This document shows, piece by piece, positions 47,186-56,290 of a DNA stretch of 64,000 nt. Origin of the DNA: an uncultured bacterium. GTDB taxonomy: Bacteria; Macinerneyibacteriota; Macinerneyibacteria; Macinerneyibacteriales; DSCS01. The position numbers were made by a program, and so were the translations under genes. Within the stretch, counting starts at the first letter, position 1. Each line of letters starts with the position of its first letter. The stretch spans positions 1 to 64,000 of the forward strand of contig CAZJQC010000001.1 of NCBI GenBank assembly GCA_964548195.1. Reading direction: 5' to 3'. The notes below the pieces were generated by a model that was given only the letters and a program-made list of their open reading frames with translations, ran no database searches and was not told where the DNA came from.

Positions 47186-47808
47186 CTCGCCCCCCCCGGG
47201 ACGGGCTTCGCGTCCCCGGCAAGCTCCCGCAGCAGCTTTAAAAGGACAGGGTCGGCCCCGTCAGTCTCCGGCCCGAAACCCTTCACAGTCTGTTTAAAAT
47301 CGCCTGAGCGCCCCTCCGCGAAATAGCACAAAGCCAGAAGGACGGAAACTTCCGGTGTCTTCCCGGACGCCTTCTCCATCAGGTCCGCCGCCTGGCCGAA
47401 CCTTCCCATATAATATAATGCAAGCGCCTGATTATACAATGCCTCGGGGGCGCCGCCCGCCCGGTAAGCCGCCGCGAAATAACCGGAAGCTTTGAAAAGA
47501 TCGCCTTGAGCCGCGGCTGCAGCGGCCGTATTGAAGTACTCCGCCTCGCTGTGTCCGCCGGGGGCGATAAAATCCCTGACCGGGGCGTACAATTCGCCGG
47601 GTATGATCAGGCGCTGCCCCGCTCTGATGCTGTCCGGCTTTTTGATGCCGTTGAACGAGGCAATGCGGTCCGCGTTATCCGCCCTGCCCGTGTAGTTCAG
47701 CGCGATCAGCGAAAGCGTCTCGCCCGCAGATACCGTATATTGCCGCGGCTGTGAATGCAGCGCGGCTGAAAAGCCGAAAACAAATATTATGACAAAAAAC
47801 AGTCTCAT
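47182..47808 (-). CDS. Exported LysM + TPR protein
   Basis: Signal peptide. LysM YTVSAGETLSLIA...IASFNGI..PDSIRAGQRLIIP. TPR ALYNQALALYYMGRF. Confidence 0.88.
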   Translation of the reverse strand: MRLFFVIIFVFGFSAALHSQPRQYTVSAGETLSLIALNYTGRADNADRIASFNGIKKPDSIRAGQRLIIPGELYAPVRDFIAPGGHSEAEYFNTAAAAAAQGDLFKASGYFAAAYRAGGAPEALYNQALALYYMGRFGQAADLMEKASGKTPEVSVLLALCYFAEGRSGDFKQTVKGFGPETDGADPVLLKLLRELAGDAKPVPGGAR

Positions 47809-48710
47809 GCGAATATCTCCATGACGGACGCCATATTATCCGCCCGATTGGCAGCCATACGTATTTCTCTGGCATTGGGCCAGCCCTTTACGATGAAAGG
47901 GACTATTTTCCTCATCTCCAGAACGCCCCTGCGTTCGCCGAACATCCGCGCTTTACCTTCGTAAAGCCTTATTATCATATCCCGGTAATCACCGGCGGAG
48001 AGCTCTATACGTTCGTTTATACGGACCTCCCTGAAGATCTGCGGCCTGCTCAAGGCCCCTCTGCCCACCATGACTCCGTCGACGCGGGTCTGCTCTATCA
48101 TCCTTTTTACATCCTCAAGCGACCGGAGGTCCCCGTTTCCCACCACCGGGATGTCAAGGCTGTCCTTAAGGGACGCTATATGTTCCCATCTCGCGGCCCC
48201 GCTGAAGCCCTGGGCGCGTGTCCTGGCATGCAGGGTCACAAAATCGACGCCCTCTTCCTGGGCTATGCGTCCAACATCAATGTAATTCAGAGAATGCTCA
48301 TCCCATCCGGAGCGTATTTTGACGCTGAAACTGGCGTTTCTGACCGCCGCCCGCATGGATCTTATGATTGCCGCGAAAAGTTCCGTGTTCCTCATAAGGG
48401 ATGAGCCGCTGCCGGTGGCTGTCACCTTGCGCGCCGGGCAACCGGCGTTCAGGTCAATATATTCGACCCCCCCCTCGTCAAGCATGGCGGCGGCGCGCGC
48501 CAGCAACACGGGGTCGTTGCCGAACAGCTGTACCGCCAAGGGTCTTTTCTCGCCCTTCACTCCCAATAGTTCCCATGCCTTCTCGGGGTATATTGAGAAA
48601 AGATGGCAGTTCGCCATCTCGGTAAAGACCACATCGGCCTGAAGATCCCGGCATATGTCCCGAAATATCCTGTCCGTATAACCGGCCATGGGAGCGAGGA
48701 ATGTCTTCAA
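47805..48710 (-). CDS. dusB: tRNA-dihydrouridine synthase (DusB-like)
   Basis: LAPMAGYTD, VQLFG, DLNAGCP, VKIRSGW, LHART, GNGD, MVGRG. Confidence 0.9.
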   Translation of the reverse strand: MKTFLAPMAGYTDRIFRDICRDLQADVVFTEMANCHLFSIYPEKAWELLGVKGEKRPLAVQLFGNDPVLLARAAAMLDEGGVEYIDLNAGCPARKVTATGSGSSLMRNTELFAAIIRSMRAAVRNASFSVKIRSGWDEHSLNYIDVGRIAQEEGVDFVTLHARTRAQGFSGAARWEHIASLKDSLDIPVVGNGDLRSLEDVKRMIEQTRVDGVMVGRGALSRPQIFREVRINERIELSAGDYRDMIIRLYEGKARMFGERRGVLEMRKIVPFIVKGWPNAREIRMAANRADNMASVMEIFA

Positions 48711-49783
48711 AACAAGCTCCTGAGCCTTTTTTTAAATGACAACAGCATCTTACGGGCTTTTTCTGCAAACACAAAAAACACATATCCAGCCATTGAGAAG
48801 GGGTAGTCATAACACCCTGCGTATCTCACATGCTCCCCGCCGAATCCGGCTTTAAACTCGGAAAGCCCGGCCCATGGATGGTTTTTAGCGCCTTCGGGAG
48901 CGACACCCCACATGTCGTACGAGGCGGACCCGCGCTCCGCGGCTTCCTTCAAGGCCTCCCATTGTATGGCTTCGTTGGGCCTTCTGTTCCGTTCCGTCTG
49001 ACCGGAAGCGGAAAACATATAAACGGACTCACCGTTGTAATGTAGTATGAACGAGCCCGCTATGAGCTCGCCGCGATAACGGGCCCCGAACACCGTAAGC
49101 CATCCTTCTCCTGAAAAAGTCCGGAAAAAATCTTCGTAATATTCGCGCGGATGTATGAAAATATTGTTCCTTGCTGCTGTCTCCCTGTAAAGCCCGTACC
49201 ACTCGGCTATCTCTTCTGCCGATTTCAGCGCGGAGATCTCGACATCCTTTTTCGGCGCTGTCCTGATCTTATTGCGCTGTTTTGAAGTAAATCCTTCCCA
49301 TAACGCCTTTTCATCCGTTATGGTGAGCAGGCGTGTGTCCCGGTACTGCACGTCATACGGTGCCTTGACATATCCGGCGCGCCGCATACGGCGCAGCAGT
49401 GCGGCACTTTCCTCTTCCCTGATATCCGTTTCCACCCTCAAAAACAGGGGCCGGGCGCCCGCCGCCGCATATGTGGCGCGGGGCAGTTCGTCCATCACAT
49501 CAGCGAAAAAGTCCGTATCGGCGGTGTTGATGCGGGGTCCCTTGGGATAATATAAAAACGACTTGCCTCCGGGCAGGTCCCTGCGCAGAAACATGCCTCC
49601 GCCGACGGCCTCCCCCTTTTTATAAAAACCGACATAGCCTGGCGTCCAGCCGTGCCTGCCTTTGAAATCCCCCCATTCGGGGGATTGAAGAAACCCGCCG
49701 CTAACGCGCCGGCATAATCCTGCGTATTCCTCCCGTCCGACGGGCAGCACCCGTACGTCTTCACTCCGCATATGTCTCGTCAT
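48707..49783 (-). CDS. FemAB/FemX/MurM-family peptidoglycan bridge aminoacyltransferase
   Basis: FLQSPEWG.FK...GW, YYPKGP, R.KIR, YF..F, YMFSAS, YDMWGV, GL..FKAGFGG. Confidence 0.88.
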   Translation of the reverse strand: MTRHMRSEDVRVLPVGREEYAGLCRRVSGGFLQSPEWGDFKGRHGWTPGYVGFYKKGEAVGGGMFLRRDLPGGKSFLYYPKGPRINTADTDFFADVMDELPRATYAAAGARPLFLRVETDIREEESAALLRRMRRAGYVKAPYDVQYRDTRLLTITDEKALWEGFTSKQRNKIRTAPKKDVEISALKSAEEIAEWYGLYRETAARNNIFIHPREYYEDFFRTFSGEGWLTVFGARYRGELIAGSFILHYNGESVYMFSASGQTERNRRPNEAIQWEALKEAAERGSASYDMWGVAPEGAKNHPWAGLSEFKAGFGGEHVRYAGCYDYPFSMAGYVFFVFAEKARKMLLSFKKRLRSLF

Positions 49784-50954
49784 GTTTTCTCACGTACTCC
49801 CTTATGCTTTCCGCTATCCTTCGCGCTATCAGATCCTTGTATTTTTGACTCTTAAGCAGCTTTTCCTCCTGCGGCTGTGAAATAAAACCGATCTCTATCA
49901 ATATGGACGGCATGTAGCAAAACCTCAAGACGTAATAACTGTTTTGTTTCACGCCGCGGTCCGTCCATCCCGTAGCGGCTATAAGGTTCTTCTGGACGTA
50001 AAAAGCGAGGTCACTGCTTTCCTTAAGATACCTGTTTTGTGTCATGTCAGAAAGTATCATCTCGAGCACTGCGGTGTCCGCGTATTCAGAATCATATTTT
50101 ATGTCTTCGTTTTCCTTTATGGCAAGCGCCCGGTCCTCATCCGTGAGGGCCTCTCCGAGAAAATATGTCTCCACGCCGCGCACCAGTTCCCTTCTTTTTT
50201 TACCCCAGACCGCATTGGCGTGTATGCTTATAAACAAATCGGCTTTCAATCTGTTTGCGATCCCCGCCCTGCCGGAAAGGGAGACAAATTCATCCCGGTC
50301 CCTTGTCATCACGACTTCGATGCGGCGGTCGTCCCTCAGCTTGTCGCGCACCTGCCTGCTCACATCAAGCACCAGGTCTTTTTCCTTATAACCGGAAGGT
50401 CCCACCGCTCCGCTGGAGTGTCCGCCATGGCCGGGGTCTATCACCACCACCCATTTCTCCTTTTTTTGCCGGTGCTCAGCGGGGTCGTTCGCGACGGGGA
50501 CATCGGCCTCCGGGCCGACTTCCGTTCCGCCGTCAGTCTCATCGGGAACATCTTCTTTCACGGCGGGTTTTTCCTTGAGCGCAAGAAACCGAAGATCCGT
50601 TTCGGGCGCCCGTCCCAGCATGGGGGTGTAATATATGATGATATTGAGGAGCCTGCCTTTTTTCAATATTTTGTATCCGTAGGCTTTTCTGCCGGCCCGC
50701 ACATCGATGCGTCCCGTATCTATTGTCAGGGAGGCGCTGCCTTTGAGTGATGTTTCGGAGCGTTCTACCGATGCAAAAACCGTCACTCCATTTTCAGAGG
50801 GGTAGTCCCTCAGCTGTCCGGGGTCTCCGTTGAACTCAAAAAATATTTTGTGGGAAAAGGGTTTTTCTTCCTCGGCAAAACGCGTCAGCGACACGGATTG
50901 CGCCGTCCGCACGAAGAGCACGGAAACAATCAGCAGGAAGAACAGGCGTCTCAT
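49761..50954 (-). CDS. N-acetylmuramoyl-L-alanine amidase (Amidase_3, AmiA/AmiC type)
   Basis: IDPGHGG, EKD, MTRDRD.FVSL..R, FISIHAN, LIEIGFIS. Autoinhibitory-type insert LAIKEN. Confidence 0.92.
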   Translation of the reverse strand: MRRLFFLLIVSVLFVRTAQSVSLTRFAEEEKPFSHKIFFEFNGDPGQLRDYPSENGVTVFASVERSETSLKGSASLTIDTGRIDVRAGRKAYGYKILKKGRLLNIIIYYTPMLGRAPETDLRFLALKEKPAVKEDVPDETDGGTEVGPEADVPVANDPAEHRQKKEKWVVVIDPGHGGHSSGAVGPSGYKEKDLVLDVSRQVRDKLRDDRRIEVVMTRDRDEFVSLSGRAGIANRLKADLFISIHANAVWGKKRRELVRGVETYFLGEALTDEDRALAIKENEDIKYDSEYADTAVLEMILSDMTQNRYLKESSDLAFYVQKNLIAATGWTDRGVKQNSYYVLRFCYMPSILIEIGFISQPQEEKLLKSQKYKDLIARRIAESIREYVRKHDETYAE

Positions 50955-50955
50955 G

Positions 50956-51405
50956 TCACCTCCGCTTAAGCTCTCTCATGGCTTCCCGTTGCATATCTTT
51001 CTTTTTAAGGGACTCGCGCTTATCGTAACTTTTTTTGCCCTGCGCCAGGGCAATCTCGATCTTTAAAAGGTTTCTGTCGTTGAAATAGGCCTTTAGCGGC
51101 ACCAGCGTCAACCCCTGTTCCGCGACCTTGCCTATCAGTTTGCGCATCTGCGCCTTGTTCAGCAGAAGCTTGCGCATCCTCTTTTCGTCATGATTGTTGT
51201 AGGACCCGGTCTCATAGACCGCTATATGCGAATTGACCAGAAAGAGCTCGCCCTTTATGAAACGGGCGTAACTTTCCTTGATGCTCATCTTTCCGGCCCG
51301 GCATGACTTGACTTCGGTGCCGGTCAAAACAATGCCGGCTTCGAACGTTTCAAGTATTTGAAAATCGAAGCCGGCTTTTTTGTTCCTGGCTATCAGTTTA
51401 ACCAT
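50956..51405 (-). CDS. smpB: SsrA-binding protein SmpB
   Basis: [33 protein letters not shown]. Confidence 0.98.
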   Translation of the reverse strand: MVKLIARNKKAGFDFQILETFEAGIVLTGTEVKSCRAGKMSIKESYARFIKGELFLVNSHIAVYETGSYNNHDEKRMRKLLLNKAQMRKLIGKVAEQGLTLVPLKAYFNDRNLLKIEIALAQGKKSYDKRESLKKKDMQREAMRELKRR

Positions 51406-51754
51406 TCAGACCTTTTTTGGCGATCTCAGTCAACGCTCTGAACCCCGACTCGTCAGCGATCGCGATCTCAGCGAGCATCTTTCTGTTGAGGTCCACATTT
51501 GCGATCTTAAGGCCGTGAACGAACTCTGAATACCTCATGTCGTTCATACGGCATGCCGCGCTTATGCGCGCGATCCACAATTTTCTGAAATCTCTTTTTT
51601 TCTGCCTTCTGTCCCTGTATGCGTACTGAAGGGCTTTTCTATGGGCGTTAAGAGCCATTTTGTACAGTTTGCTTTTCGCTCCCCAATAGCCCTTAACGGC
51701 TCTGAACAATCTCTTTTTTCTTTTTCTTCTGGCTACACCGCTTGTCGCTCTCAT
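51398..51754 (-). CDS. rplT: 50S ribosomal protein L20
   Basis: [36 protein letters not shown]. Confidence 0.98.
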   Translation of the reverse strand: MRATSGVARRKRKKRLFRAVKGYWGAKSKLYKMALNAHRKALQYAYRDRRQKKRDFRKLWIARISAACRMNDMRYSEFVHGLKIANVDLNRKMLAEIAIADESGFRALTEIAKKGLNG

Positions 51755-51766
51755 CTCAAGCCCTCC

Positions 51767-51967
51767 TTAGAATTTGTACGGAATCATTTCTTTGACTCTT
51801 TTATAATCTGTTTTATCCACCAGCGTACTCTGACGCAGATTCTTTTTTCTCTTCGCAGATTTTTTTGTAAGAATATGGCTCTTATAGGCCTTGTTTCTGA
51901 CAATTTTGCCGGACCCGGTCACTTTGAACCGTTTCGCTGCAGCTCTTTTTGTCTTGATCTTAGGCAT
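51767..51967 (-). CDS. rpmI: 50S ribosomal protein L35
   Basis: [27 protein letters not shown]. Confidence 0.98.
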   Translation of the reverse strand: MPKIKTKRAAAKRFKVTGSGKIVRNKAYKSHILTKKSAKRKKNLRQSTLVDKTDYKRVKEMIPYKF

Positions 51968-51984
51968 ATTCAGTCACTCCCTTT

Positions 51985-52509
51985 CTACTTTTTCGGTGAT
52001 ATGATAATAAACATCAATCTTCCGGCCTGGTCAATATCCTTCTCCATCTTCGCAACCTCGTCCAGTTCCAGAAGAAGCTGGGAAAGGATCTCGCGTCCCT
52101 TGTCAAGATAGGCCATCTCTCTGCCTCTGAAATAGACACCCACCTTGACGCGATGCCCTTTGGAGAGAAATTCCCTTATATGTCTGACTTTAAAGTTATA
52201 ATCATGGACATCCGTCTTTGGCCTGAACTGGATCTCCTTAACCTGTACGGCGCTCTGCTTGTTTTTCTTCTGTTTCTTTGTCTGCTCGTATTTGTACTTA
52301 CCGTAGTCCATGATACGCGCCACGGGCGGTTCGGCATTGGGAGAGACTTCAACAAGATCAAGCTCCTTATCCTCGGCCATGGTCAAAGCATCTCTGCTGG
52401 CCATGACGCCCAGCTGTTCACCTTCCGCTCCTATTACCCTCAATTCCTTTGCCCTTATGGCACCATTGACTCTGACCTTATCAACTTTTTTCCCAGTCGA
52501 TTTAGCGAT
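51985..52509 (-). CDS. infC: Translation initiation factor IF-3 (ATC start)
   Basis: DLVEVSPNAEPPVARIMDYGKYKYE, FRGRE. The frame extends upstream to an ATC at 52509 preceded by AAGGAGGTG. Confidence 0.95.
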   Translation of the reverse strand: MAKSTGKKVDKVRVNGAIRAKELRVIGAEGEQLGVMASRDALTMAEDKELDLVEVSPNAEPPVARIMDYGKYKYEQTKKQKKNKQSAVQVKEIQFRPKTDVHDYNFKVRHIREFLSKGHRVKVGVYFRGREMAYLDKGREILSQLLLELDEVAKMEKDIDQAGRLMFIIISPKK

Positions 52510-52527
52510 AAGACACCTCCTTAAATT

Positions 52528-52645
52528 AAAAAAGGCGGGTATAAATAACCCGCCTGTCCTTTTACCGCCGTATCTGCAATTGTCACGTTACCGGTCAGCA
52601 CCTCTCGGGCCGATTCGGTGAGGAACAGGCGTTCCTTCTTTTATG
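52528..52645 (-). ncRNA. L20-leader-like cis-regulatory RNA / attenuator
   Basis: Minus strand AGAAG..CGCCTGTTCCTCACC can pair with GGTAAAAGGACAGGCG, which overlaps the terminator AGGCGGGT-N7-ACCCGCCTTTTTT. Upstream of infC-rpmI-rplT. Confidence 0.75.
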
Positions 52646-52705
52646 TACTGAAATAATAAACCAATTCCGGACTCCGTCAAGAAAAATTTCACGTTTTCCG
52701 CGGCT

Positions 52706-53626
52706 TCAGAGGAGAAAATGTATGTTTTCCATGATCCAGGGCGTTATATCATACAGGTACTTCACATCCCGCACGTATTTTTCCCCTTTTCCCACAACGG
52801 TAAAAGGCACCGGATTATGGGTATGCCCCGGAAAAGAGAGGTCCTCGATATTCCCGTGGTCAGAGGTAAGTATGAATGTGTGCCTCTTAAGGTCCACCCC
52901 TCTCACGAGAGCCTTCAGGAACCGTTCCAGCGTAGACAGTATGTCCAGGGCGAATTCCATGTCCTGAAGATGCCCGGCCGCATCCGTCCTGAAAAACTCA
53001 AACAGGACAAAGTCATGCCCTTTCCCCAGCCGGAGAAGGTTTTCAGCGGCTTTTTCGGGGGTGATCTCCGATATGGCGCTCATAAGCGCTTCGTCTATCT
53101 CATAGCCAAACCTTTTTAAAAGTTTCTCCCGCCTGCCTGACATCACGTCCCCGTTGACGATGGTCTCGTTGGTAATATCATGGAACACGGCATTCCCCGC
53201 GGCCAGCATATCCAGGCCGCGCACCTTCTTCTCGGTGGTCATGGTCATCAGCGTGGTGACGGATACAAAACGCTGCCTCGCCAGCAGCTCCAGGTCGTCT
53301 GTTATGTAGCCGTTGGCGAAAGTGGGCGAATGGCCGGCTTCCATTATCTTGCGGAACAGGGATTCCTTTTTGATGATCCCCCCAAGCCTGGAACAGGGAA
53401 ATCCCTCCTTGTGCACGCCCAGATATTTCGGCGCGTTGTACCCAGTAAAGATAGCGGTCTGCCCGGTGGCGCTTTGCGGCACCCCCTCGACACCCATGAC
53501 GGGGTCCATGTAGCGTGTGTTGCGGGAGAACATCTCCCGGAAAAATGGAAAGTCCCCCACATAAAGCGGGTTTGACTCATCCCGTCCCCCTATGCCCAAT
53601 CCGTCCACAAATACAAACCAGATCAT
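52706..53626 (-). CDS. Alkaline-phosphatase-superfamily metalloenzyme (phosphoglycerate/phosphopentomutase-like)
   Basis: FVDGLGIG, PQSATGQT, TDAAGH, TSDHGNIED, HTHNPVP. ATG at 53626 overlaps the upstream stop. Confidence 0.85.
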   Translation of the reverse strand: MIWFVFVDGLGIGGRDESNPLYVGDFPFFREMFSRNTRYMDPVMGVEGVPQSATGQTAIFTGYNAPKYLGVHKEGFPCSRLGGIIKKESLFRKIMEAGHSPTFANGYITDDLELLARQRFVSVTTLMTMTTEKKVRGLDMLAAGNAVFHDITNETIVNGDVMSGRREKLLKRFGYEIDEALMSAISEITPEKAAENLLRLGKGHDFVLFEFFRTDAAGHLQDMEFALDILSTLERFLKALVRGVDLKRHTFILTSDHGNIEDLSFPGHTHNPVPFTVVGKGEKYVRDVKYLYDITPWIMENIHFLL

Positions 53627-54213
53627 CTCGCGCTCCGTCCGTCCATTGTAAAATGAAAAAATCCCCATGTCCCGTCGTCCAGTGACTTCACGGGGAGTGT
53701 CTCTGCAAATTCCCTGTCGGGTATGAAAAGCACGCGGTCTGCGAACCTGGGGTCGGACACGATGACCCCTTCCCCGTATATCCCCGTCACCACGCTGAAA
53801 TGGGCCGTCCGTCCGGAAACGCTCTCCCACGGATACCATGCCGTAAAGACCGCCCTGCCCCCGGCAACCTCGGTCTTTATCTCTTCGAGAACGGGCCCGG
53901 CAACCGACGCGGCGGATTCCCGGCTGGCATGGGAAAAATCCTCATACACCGAGAGTCCGTACCCCCGCTGTCTCAACGCCTCGACGATCTCGCCGCTGTA
54001 GGCTCCGCGCGAACCGCGGGGCAACCCGAATATCTTTTCATGCACCGCATGCTGACCGGCCTTCTCCCCCAGCGACCCGAGCATTATGGATACGGAGACC
54101 TCGCCGCAGAAATCATATTCCTGCCTCTCAAAGGCGTCTCCCGTGTCTATCAGTACGGGAAACACGGCGGCAACAGCGGCCACAAAGAGGACAAACTGTG
54201 AAAAAACATTCAT
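53623..54213 (-). CDS. Exported C39-like cysteine peptidase
   Basis: Signal peptide, QEYDFCG (Q..C), AHFSVVTG (H), VSDP (D). ATG at 54213. Confidence 0.75.
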   Translation of the reverse strand: MNVFSQFVLFVAAVAAVFPVLIDTGDAFERQEYDFCGEVSVSIMLGSLGEKAGQHAVHEKIFGLPRGSRGAYSGEIVEALRQRGYGLSVYEDFSHASRESAASVAGPVLEEIKTEVAGGRAVFTAWYPWESVSGRTAHFSVVTGIYGEGVIVSDPRFADRVLFIPDREFAETLPVKSLDDGTWGFFHFTMDGRSAR

Positions 54214-54983
54214 TTCTGCCTGTGGGAGACCGTCGCGGAAGCCTGGCTGACCGGCATCACCATTATCTCGTTTATCTGCACATGCGGAGGACGCGTTGCG
54301 GCCCATACCACGCAATCGGCTATGTCATCGCCGCTGAGAGGCACAAGGCCCTTGTAAACATCCGAGGCCTTTTTTTCGTCTCCGTGAAAGCGTATGACAG
54401 AAAACTCCGTCTCCACCATGCCCGGGGAGATCTCGGTCACCCTGAGCGGCGTGTCCACAAGGTCCATGCGAAGCCCCTGCGAGAGGGCGTGCACGGCGTG
54501 CTTTGTGGCGCAATATACATTGCCGCCGGGGTAAGCTTCGTGTCCCGCAATGGATCCGAGATTGATTATATGACCCTTTTTTCTCGCCGCCATTGAAGGC
54601 ACCACCAGCTTTGTCATGTACAGCAGCCCCTTTATGTTGGTGTCGATCATCTCCTCCCAGTCTTCGATGTCGCCTTCATGAAGCTTGTCGACCCCTCTGG
54701 AAAGGCCGGCGTTGTTGACCAGTATGTCTATGCCCCTCCATTCCTCCGAAAGAGAATCCAGCGCTTTTTTGCATCCGGCAAGGTCACGCACGTCCATCTC
54801 CAGAGTCACCACGTTGATGCCGTAATGTGATTCTATGTCTTCCTTGAGCGCCCCGAGCCGCTCAAGCCTTCGGGCGGCGAGTATCAGATCCGCCTTCTCC
54901 GCGGCAAAACGGTAAGCGCACGCACGGCCTATGCCGGCGCTCGCACCGGTGATCAATACGATCCTGCCCTTCAGTCCCTCCAT
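54210..54983 (-). CDS. SDR oxidoreductase (YdfG-like NADP-dependent)
   Basis: ITGASAGIG, ILVNNAG, NLGSIAG, YCATK, PGMVETEFS. Confidence 0.93.
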   Translation of the reverse strand: MEGLKGRIVLITGASAGIGRACAYRFAAEKADLILAARRLERLGALKEDIESHYGINVVTLEMDVRDLAGCKKALDSLSEEWRGIDILVNNAGLSRGVDKLHEGDIEDWEEMIDTNIKGLLYMTKLVVPSMAARKKGHIINLGSIAGHEAYPGGNVYCATKHAVHALSQGLRMDLVDTPLRVTEISPGMVETEFSVIRFHGDEKKASDVYKGLVPLSGDDIADCVVWAATRPPHVQINEIMVMPVSQASATVSHRQK

Positions 54984-55182
54984 GTCAAACCTCCTTATTG
55001 CCGTCACTACATCATATAACCTTTCAGCAGGTATTTCAAAGAAAAAGCATTGAAAAAAAAGCAAGCCCGGCATCAACAGAGAGAAAAACACTTTTTTTAT
55101 GTCAATATCACCCCAAAAAGCGCATTATACCCTTGATAATATTTGCGTGGGGGGTATCATTGTTTGTTGAGGAAAGGACTGC

Positions 55183-55611
55183 ATGATGAATAAAAAAGGT
55201 TTTACTCTTATTGAGATGATGATAGTGATCGCGATAATAGGCATATTGTCGGCCATAGCTATTCCGAACTTCGGGCGCATGCGTGAAAAGGCGTCCATAA
55301 ACGCGACGGCCTCCACCCTTAAATCACTATTGAAGGCGCTCGAGGCCTACGGGTCGTACGAGGCAGAGTTCACATACCCCGAAGACGTGGAGGAACTCAT
55401 AACGGTGACCGCTTCCTATGTGGAAGCCCATGAGATCTCCGTGACTCTGAGCGAACTCGGCTTCGAGGGCACAAGGACGGGGAGATACACCATAGTGGGC
55501 AAGGTGCGGGCCATAAAGACCGACACCTGGGCAGTCTACACGGACACCATGAAAAGCCCGCTGTTCGTATATACCAGGCCCGACGTGGACAGCTGGCATT
55601 TTTTCCTGTGA
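55183..55611 (+). CDS. Type IVa pilin-like protein 1
   Basis: KKG|FTLIEMMIVIAIIGILSAIAIPNF class III signal. Confidence 0.92.
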   Translation: MMNKKGFTLIEMMIVIAIIGILSAIAIPNFGRMREKASINATASTLKSLLKALEAYGSYEAEFTYPEDVEELITVTASYVEAHEISVTLSELGFEGTRTGRYTIVGKVRAIKTDTWAVYTDTMKSPLFVYTRPDVDSWHFFL

Positions 55612-55737
55612 CCACTGTCCCCTCAGGATACACACCGCCGCATGATGTAACCGCAGGCAACATAACGCCGGCGGCATGATACGGGATGTTGCGACGGAAG
55701 TCGTTTACATAGGACAAGTTGCGCGAAGCGCTTGTCT

Positions 55738-55754
55738 TTGGCACGGTTTATGCT
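55738..55754 (+). promoter_or_regulatory. sigma54 (-24/-12) promoter of pilin 2
   Basis: TTGGCACGGTTTATGCT = GG-N10-GC, 29 bp upstream of the ATG. Confidence 0.8.
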
Positions 55755-55782
55755 GTTATTAAAAAGAAAAGGGAGGTGTTCT

Positions 55783-56205
55783 ATGAACAAAAAAGGTTTT
55801 ACGTTGATCGAGCTTATGATCGTTATCGCGATCATCGGTATACTGGCCGCCATCGCGGTCCCGAACTTCACAAAAGTGCGTGAGAAAGCTGCCGAGAAGG
55901 CTGCCGTATCCACACTGCAGTCACTGGTACAGGCTATGGAATCCTATGCTTCCATGGACTTCCCCGGCGATTATCCCGTTGACCTCGCTGCTCTGCAGGG
56001 AACAACAGGCGAGTATTTCCAGTGGAACGACCTGTCCGGCAACCTGACTGAAGTCGGTTTCCAGGGCGACGGCGACGGCGGATACACATTGGTCGGCAAG
56101 ATCAAGGGCGTAAGAGGCGACAAGTACGCCGTAGTCCTTGACATCGGTAAGACAGGCACCGTTTACGATGCCAACACAACCGGTGTTGCCACATCCGCTC
56201 TGTAA
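55783..56205 (+). CDS. Type IVa pilin 2 (probable major pilin)
   Basis: KKG|FTLIELMIVIAIIGILAAIAVPNF. Strong GGGAGG RBS, own promoter and terminator. Confidence 0.93.
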   Translation: MNKKGFTLIELMIVIAIIGILAAIAVPNFTKVREKAAEKAAVSTLQSLVQAMESYASMDFPGDYPVDLAALQGTTGEYFQWNDLSGNLTEVGFQGDGDGGYTLVGKIKGVRGDKYAVVLDIGKTGTVYDANTTGVATSAL

Positions 56206-56226
56206 GATCACACGGATAACAGGCTT

Positions 56227-56267
56227 AAGGCGCTTTTCCGCGATTTTCGGAAAGGCGCCTTTTTTTT
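56227..56267 (+). terminator. Intrinsic terminator after pilin 2
   Basis: AAGGCGCTTTTCCG-N7-CGGAAAGGCGCCTT followed by a T-run. Confidence 0.85.
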
Positions 56268-56290
56268 GTCTTTCACATTACGGAGGTGAC

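Noticed and set aside
55183..56205. Geobacter-type short conductive e-pilins
   Set aside because: Both are full-length (~135 aa mature) pilins and lack the Tyr at positions 27 and 32 of the e-pilin pattern.
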